Shown here piece after piece: positions 56,179-64,000 of a stretch of 64,000 bases of DNA. The notes beneath the pieces were generated by a model, which ran no database searches, was not told the origin of the DNA, and was given only the letters and a program-made list of their open reading frames with translations. This DNA comes from Candidatus Iainarchaeum sp. Lineage in GTDB: Archaea; B1Sed10-29; WALL01. The position numbers were made by a program, and so were the translations under genes. Each line of letters begins with the position of its first letter. Within the stretch, counting starts at the first letter, position 1. The DNA lies in NCBI GenBank assembly GCA_023129115.1, contig JAGMCR010000017.1:18689-82688 (forward strand), in the 5' to 3' direction.

Positions 56179-56492
56179 GTGAGGTGCTGGGCAACCTGCT
56201 CAGGAAGCCGTTCACGAGGCTCTACCCGTTCGAGAAGGAGGACGTGCCGCAGCGCTTCCGCGGCAACATCAAGTACTTCAGCGACAAGTGCATTGGCTGC
56301 CGCCTGTGCGAGAAGAACTGCCCGGCCAACGCAATCACCTTCCACAAAAAGGGCTGCATCGACTTCGACATGGGCAAATGCATCTATTGCGGGATGTGCG
56401 GCGACGTCTGCCCCACGCAGGCAATAGTCTATACAAATGACTACGAGCGTGCGGAAACAAGCAAGAAAAAAATCAAGCCCATCCAGTCCTAG
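56166..56492 (+). CDS. NuoI/EchF-like 2x[4Fe-4S] ferredoxin subunit
   Basis: Two CxxCxxCxxxCP motifs. Confidence 0.8.
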   Translation: MGVIGEVLGNLLRKPFTRLYPFEKEDVPQRFRGNIKYFSDKCIGCRLCEKNCPANAITFHKKGCIDFDMGKCIYCGMCGDVCPTQAIVYTNDYERAETSKKKIKPIQS

Positions 56493-56845
56493 TCGCTCAT
56501 CTCGACCGCGCGGACAAAGCACTCTTTGCCCGAGACAATGTCAATGCCCGAGCCGCACTTTGGGCACGTAAAAATCTTGAGCCGCATCTCGTCCGAGGGC
56601 AGCTCGCCGGACTCGCCGCAGTTGGGGCACTTGAACCCCGCTTTTTTCGGCTCAATCACGAGCTCGGCGCCTTCGGCGATTGTGCCTTTTGCCATTGTCT
56701 CGAAGTGCTCCTTTAATTCCTCTTCCGGCAAAAACCTCAGCTCGCCCAGGACTGCGTACACCTTCTTGACCTTCTTGGCCTTGTTTTGCTCTGCCCCCGC
56801 AATAACAGTGTCCAGCAGTCCCCGCGCAGCCGACATCCCGTGCAT
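56489..56845 (-). CDS. hypA: hydrogenase nickel-insertion protein HypA
   Basis: N-terminal MHGMS and a Zn site CPNC...CPKC. Confidence 0.8.
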   Translation of the reverse strand: MHGMSAARGLLDTVIAGAEQNKAKKVKKVYAVLGELRFLPEEELKEHFETMAKGTIAEGAELVIEPKKAGFKCPNCGESGELPSDEMRLKIFTCPKCGSGIDIVSGKECFVRAVEMSD

Positions 56846-56897
56846 GCCTCAACTTAGTGCGCAAAGCAATATAAAACTTCGCGACAGAACCACAATC

Positions 56898-57332
56898 ATG
56901 AACATATTGCTCGGCGTCGGCAACGAGCTCCGCGGCGACGACGGAATTGGCGTGTTCGTCGCCAAGCACTTTTATGCCGAGGGCTGGAAAGCAATCGACT
57001 GCGGCATGCTCCCCGAAAACTATTCTTCCGTAGTCCGCAAAGAGCGGCCCGAATTACTCGTTATCGTCGACGCGACCGACATGGGCCTCGAGCCCGGGTC
57101 AATCCGCGCAATCCCAAAAGAAAAAATAGGTGGCCTCGCGCTCTCGACGCACTCCATGCCCCTCTCGCTTTTGATTGACCTTCTCGAGCCCCACTGCGGA
57201 AAAGTAGTCCTCGTCGGAATCCAGCCAAAAACCATCGCTGACACAGTCGGCCTCAGCCCCGAGGCCCAGCAAGCCGCGGAAAAAGCCATCGAAAAGCTCA
57301 AAAGCAGCGCTTTTTTCCCGCCCCTGGCATAA
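56898..57332 (+). CDS. hycI: hydrogenase maturation endopeptidase (HycI/HybD family)
   Basis: GNELRGDDGIGV motif; about 144 aa. Confidence 0.8.
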   Translation: MNILLGVGNELRGDDGIGVFVAKHFYAEGWKAIDCGMLPENYSSVVRKERPELLVIVDATDMGLEPGSIRAIPKEKIGGLALSTHSMPLSLLIDLLEPHCGKVVLVGIQPKTIADTVGLSPEAQQAAEKAIEKLKSSAFFPPLA

Positions 57333-57411
57333 TCCCCGCTTTACGGCAAATGACGGGGGTTATGGCGGAATCTTTATTAATTCCCCCCCTCAAAACGACT
57401 TCTCTCCCAGA

Positions 57412-60393
<2,982 letters not shown>

Positions 60394-60405
60394 TGCTCGG
60401 TCGCA

Positions 60406-60484
60406 GGGTGCCATGCCCAAGCCCGCCTTCGAGCGGCGTACGAATTTCGCGACCTGCAACAGGCGGGCTTGGGCATGCCACACG
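60406..60484. terminator. long stem-loop (about 19-bp stem, 36-nt loop) immediately 3' of ppdK
   Basis: gtgccatgcccaagcccgcc ... ggcgggcttgggcatgccac with one mismatch. Confidence 0.4.
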
Positions 60485-60528
60485 GTCGGCCACCCAAGCA
60501 ACAATGGCCGTCTGAGAGAACACTAGCG

Positions 60529-62022
60529 ATGCATAACACGCCGGTTACAGTGTCGCTTATGATCTTGGCAACGTTGAGCGTGATAAGCGGCTGCACGACT
60601 GAGCCGCGGTTTCCCGCGCCGCTGGCGATGCATACCGAAGACCACGAGACGGTCTTCGCCTTTGACACCGATCGTGACAAACTGGCGGATTTCTGGCAAT
60701 ACCAGCGACCCGGCGGGCGCAAACATGCCATCGCCTACGCCGCGGATGTGCCCGGCCGGCCCGGCGAGCGAATCGAGCTTGACGCCATCGCCGCGGCGGA
60801 GTGCCCGCATTTCATCATCGTGCTGGACGGGGTGCCGTTCGAGATCGTTGCGGAATTGTACCACGCCGGGCATTTTCGGTTTTTCCATCCCCCGACGCGG
60901 GTGGTCTGCTGCTATCCGGCGATGACCGATCTGGCGTTGTCGGAACTGTTTCACACGGAGCGGTGCCGGGCGTATCAGGCGTTGTACTTCGAGCGCGATA
61001 CGAAGCGCTTGAGCGACGGCAGCGCCGTGTATCTCCACGGCGGCAACTCCCCCTGGCTCGCGAAGATGAGCTACCGCTGCTCGCTATGGTGGGACGTGTT
61101 GGTCTATCTCGATCCGCGGGCCGTTTTCAACCACGAAATGAAGGGCATCTTGCGAACCTTCCGCGAGATTGACGCGGGTGAAGGCCATGCCTATTCCGTG
61201 GGCACTGCCGGGCTGGGTACTCGTGGGGGGCGGGCCGCCATCGTCGAATATCTGCGGACGGTCGACCGGCTCTGCGAGCAACTCGTCTTCGAGCGGCGCG
61301 GCCGGGTCAACATCACGCTCACCGCCGACCACGGCCACAACCTGGTCGAGAATCGGCGGATCAAGTTCGACGAAGTGCTCAAGGCCGGCGGGTATCGGCC
61401 GAGCAAGTCACTGCGCTCCCCGCGCGACGTCGTGGCGATTGCCTATGGGCTGGTCACGTACGCCGCGCTGTATACGGCTGATCCACCGGGTGTAGCGCAA
61501 TGTCTGCTGGGCCACGACGACGTGGAGTTCGCCTGTTATCGCCACGAAGACGCGCTTGTCGTCGCTGACCGGCACGGCCAGGCGCGGATCACCAAAGGTG
61601 ACGCCGGCTTTGGATACGATTCGAGTGCAGGCGATCCTTTGCGATTGGCCCCGATTATCGAGCGCTTGCGTCGGGACGGGCACGTCTCAGCCGCCGGCGA
61701 GATCGACGGACCGGCCCTGTTCGCCGCGACGCTGGACCATGATTATCCAGATCCACTAGCGCGTCTCTGGTCGGCGTTTCACGGCCTGGTCGCGAACCCG
61801 CCGGACGTGATCGTCAATTTGCGTGACGGGGCCTGTCATGGGTCCGGCTTTTTTCACACGATGATCAGGAAGGTGGGCAGCACGCACGGCTCGCTCAACC
61901 GCGCAAGCAGCACGACCTTTGTACTGACGATGTTGGGCGAGTTGCCGCCGGCGCTGCGGACACGGGAAGTGCTCCCGGCGCTCGCGGCCCGGCGAAACGG
62001 GACGGGGCACCCCCGGCCATGA
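60529..62022 (+). CDS. alkaline-phosphatase-superfamily phosphodiesterase/nucleotide pyrophosphatase lipoprotein
   Basis: Lipobox LSVISGC, metal-ligand motifs TADHGH and THGS; very GC-rich. Confidence 0.6.
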   Translation: MHNTPVTVSLMILATLSVISGCTTEPRFPAPLAMHTEDHETVFAFDTDRDKLADFWQYQRPGGRKHAIAYAADVPGRPGERIELDAIAAAECPHFIIVLDGVPFEIVAELYHAGHFRFFHPPTRVVCCYPAMTDLALSELFHTERCRAYQALYFERDTKRLSDGSAVYLHGGNSPWLAKMSYRCSLWWDVLVYLDPRAVFNHEMKGILRTFREIDAGEGHAYSVGTAGLGTRGGRAAIVEYLRTVDRLCEQLVFERRGRVNITLTADHGHNLVENRRIKFDEVLKAGGYRPSKSLRSPRDVVAIAYGLVTYAALYTADPPGVAQCLLGHDDVEFACYRHEDALVVADRHGQARITKGDAGFGYDSSAGDPLRLAPIIERLRRDGHVSAAGEIDGPALFAATLDHDYPDPLARLWSAFHGLVANPPDVIVNLRDGACHGSGFFHTMIRKVGSTHGSLNRASSTTFVLTMLGELPPALRTREVLPALAARRNGTGHPRP

Positions 62023-62104
62023 ATACCATGGGTGGCACGGCCGTGTCGGCCGTGAATACCTGCGTTCCGCACACGGCTGACACAGCCGTGCCACACAGCC
62101 GGTG

Positions 62105-62164
62105 TGTGGCACCGGCTTCCAGCCGGTGGGACGTCCGGCACGGGGGCCGGACGCTACATTTGCC
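62105..62164. repeat. 60-nt repeat R1 (copy A): tgtggcaccggcttccagccggtgggacgtccggcacgggggccggacgctacatttgcc
   Basis: Near-identical copy B at 63491-63549 in direct orientation; it contains the two short hairpins ccggc-ttcca-gccgg and gtccggc-acggggg-ccggac. Confidence 0.8.
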
Positions 62165-62175
62165 AGTGGTGCCGC

Positions 62176-63402
62176 CTACTTTTCCTGCCCCCACAACTGG
62201 GCCAGTTCGGTCAGCATCTTCACCGACGTCTCCATCTGCTCCAGGCAGGCGAACTCCAGCTCGGAGTGGAAATTGTGCATGCCGGTCGAGATGTTCGGCG
62301 TCGCCAGACCCATCTCGCTCAGGCGGGAGCCGTCGGTGCCGCCGCGGATGGACTCGTACTTCGGCGTGTGGCCGAGCTTCTTGTAGGCCTCTTCGGCCAG
62401 CTTGACGGCCCGCGGTTCGCTCGCGAGGTGCTCGATCATGTTGCGGTACTGCTTCTTGACCTCAACATTGATCTTGGCCTTGGGGTGCGCGGCCTGGACC
62501 TCGGCGGCGGCCTTCTTGAGCAGCTCGGCCTGCTGAGCCAGGTCGTCGGTCACGAAGCTCCGCAGCAGTATCTTGATCCTTAGCTCCGGCACGCCGCCCT
62601 CGATGATGTACGGGTGCAGGAACTGCTCGCGGTCCTTGGTCATCTCCGGCGACATCTCTTTGGGCAGCTTTTCGAGGAACTCGCCTGCCAGACGAATGGC
62701 GTTGACCATCTTGCCGTAGGCCAGGCCGGGGTGGATGTTGACGCCGGTGATGGTGACGGTGGCCAGGTCGGCGGAGAAGGTCTCGTTTTCGAGCCCGCCG
62801 CTGCCCTCGCCGTCGAGCGTGTAGGCACAGACGGCGTTGATGGTCTTGATATCGACCTTATCGGTGCCGCGACCGACCTCCTCGTCGCCGGTGAAGAAGA
62901 CGCGGATGGGGCCGTGCTTGAGGTCGGGATTGCTCATGAGGTGGGCGGCGGTGGTCAAGATGACCGCGATGCCGGCCTTATCGTCGGCGCCGAGCAGGGT
63001 GGTGCCGTCCGAGGTGATGACGGTCTTGCCCTTCAGCTCGGCCAGGCCCTTGGTCTCATCCACCTTGATGACCTTGGACGTGTCGCCGGGCAGGACGATG
63101 TCCTGGCCGTCGTAGTTTTCGAGGATTTGCGGCTTGACGTCTTTGCCGCTGGCTTCGGGCGAGGTGTCCTTGTGGGCCAGCCAGGCGATGGTGGGGGCGC
63201 CGGCGACGTTGCCGGGGATCGTGCCCATGACGTTGCCGGCCTCGTCCATGCCGACGTTCGCGAGCCCCAGGGTCTTCATCTCATCGACCAGCATCTTGCC
63301 CAGCTCAAGCTGCCCGGGCGAACTCGGATATTGGTCGGTCTCCTCAACGGCGGTGGTCTCCACCTTGACATAACGACAAAAGCGATCCAACAACGTGTCC
63401 AC
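62176..63402 (-). CDS. pepT: peptidase T (tripeptide aminopeptidase, M20B)
   Basis: 408 aa with M20 metal-ligand context (HKDT, GADDKAG, GDEEVG, ...EME.../H). Confidence 0.85.
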   Translation of the reverse strand: MDTLLDRFCRYVKVETTAVEETDQYPSSPGQLELGKMLVDEMKTLGLANVGMDEAGNVMGTIPGNVAGAPTIAWLAHKDTSPEASGKDVKPQILENYDGQDIVLPGDTSKVIKVDETKGLAELKGKTVITSDGTTLLGADDKAGIAVILTTAAHLMSNPDLKHGPIRVFFTGDEEVGRGTDKVDIKTINAVCAYTLDGEGSGGLENETFSADLATVTITGVNIHPGLAYGKMVNAIRLAGEFLEKLPKEMSPEMTKDREQFLHPYIIEGGVPELRIKILLRSFVTDDLAQQAELLKKAAAEVQAAHPKAKINVEVKKQYRNMIEHLASEPRAVKLAEEAYKKLGHTPKYESIRGGTDGSRLSEMGLATPNISTGMHNFHSELEFACLEQMETSVKMLTELAQLWGQEK

Positions 63403-63490
63403 GATACGCCTCCAGTTCAGTCTTCAAATATGCAACCAAAATTAGGTAACCTACTCTATCCAATCTGTGACACCGGCTTCCAGCCGACAT

Positions 63491-63549
63491 TGTGGCACCG
63501 GCTTCCAGCCGGTGGGACGTCCGGCACGGAGGCCGGACGCTACATTGCC
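63491..63549. repeat. 60-nt repeat R1 (copy B), plus degenerate partial copies at 63470-63490 and 63556-63580
   Basis: 58 of 60 positions identical to copy A; the two copies flank pepT. Confidence 0.8.
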
Positions 63550-63589
63550 GTGTAGCACAGGCTTCCAGCCTGTGGGTGGCTTATGTGTG

Positions 63590-63730
63590 CCACTGCTCTT
63601 GAGCAGTGCCCAGGCTATCGCCGTGTGCCACTGCTCTGTGAGCAGTGCTTGGCACACGGTGGACAAAGACACTGCTCACAGAGCAGTGGCACACGGTGGA
63701 CAAAGACACTGCTCAAGAGCAGTGGCACAC
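63590..63730. repeat. cluster of palindromes and about 2.4 tandem copies of a 36-nt unit (gagcagtggcacacggtggacaaagacactgctca..)
   Basis: The inverted repeats gtgccactgctctgtgagcagtg / cactgctcacagagcagtggcac lie within it. Confidence 0.6.
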
Positions 63731-63870
63731 ACACCGGTCAGGGCCTGCGGACAGGTTAGCTGGGATTGGGCCGCGAGGCAATCGGGCGGCCGGGCCGGAT
63801 GAAATCGGGGCCCGGTCTTGTCGCGTCCGGCGTCTGCCGCTAGTTTAGCAGTCCGCCGCAAAAGTCCTGT

Positions 63871-63952
63871 AGCGGCCGGGCTCCGTACCGGCCGTTGTTT
63901 TAGGCGAGTATTTTCCCGTGTTCTACGGCCGGTACGGAGCCCGGCCGCTACA
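63871..63952. repeat. perfect 27-bp inverted repeat (gtagcggccgggctccgtaccggccgt ... acggccggtacggagcccggccgctac) with a 28-nt loop, followed by CTAGAAA-type heptamer repeats (63955-63985)
   Basis: Read directly from the sequence. Confidence 0.7.
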
Positions 63953-64000
63953 TCTAGAAACTAGAAACTGGAAACTAGACCTTATCACCTTGTCACGTTC

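Noticed and set aside
62019-62583. Short + strand ORFs (62019-62405, 62102-62386, 62104-62583) and all ORFs in 63400-63861
   Set aside because: They lie within the repeat and palindrome-dense intergenic DNA or antisense to pepT. Their translations are Arg/Ala/Pro-rich and are generated by the GC-rich repeats.

Overview
Archaeal chromosomal segment with high GC and compact, frequently overlapping genes; many gene pairs share ATGA/TGATG start-stop overlaps, and several promoters are leaderless with a TTTATA box about 25 nt upstream of the start codon. Core informational and housekeeping genes read across the window: the 3' part of a type IA topoisomerase, Lrp, RadB, archaemetzincin, CDC48 (with a homing-endonuclease intein), a site-2 protease, an Obg-like GTPase, the RFC large subunit, a CN-hydrolase, PheT/PheS, RNase Z, an M29 aminopeptidase, a TldD-PmbA pair, a THUMP tRNA methyltransferase, LonB (with a second intein), an SPFH protein, a radical-SAM enzyme, Csl4, RpoL, a signal peptidase, PCNA, a CPA2 antiporter, a six-subunit Ech-like group-4 [NiFe] hydrogenase with hypC/hypA/hycI, and pyruvate phosphate dikinase. 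Accessory or unusual content: (i) six small class-III-signal-peptide (archaeal type IV pilin-like) genes in a convergent cluster at 10.7-12.4 kb; (ii) three AT-richer cassettes downstream of PCNA (surface protein, RelE/RHH, MNT/HEPN), each bounded by a direct repeat of the PCNA 3' end, in an integron-like or serial-integration layout; (iii) a tandem 113-bp duplication of the RNase Z 3' end carrying a perfect 10-bp hairpin; (iv) PPDK fused to a roughly 120-aa Lys/Ala-rich histone-H1-like tail; (v) a terminal 3.6 kb with bacterial-type genes (a lipoprotein phosphodiesterase and PepT) embedded in dense palindromic and direct repeats. No tRNA, rRNA or CRISPR array was recognised.
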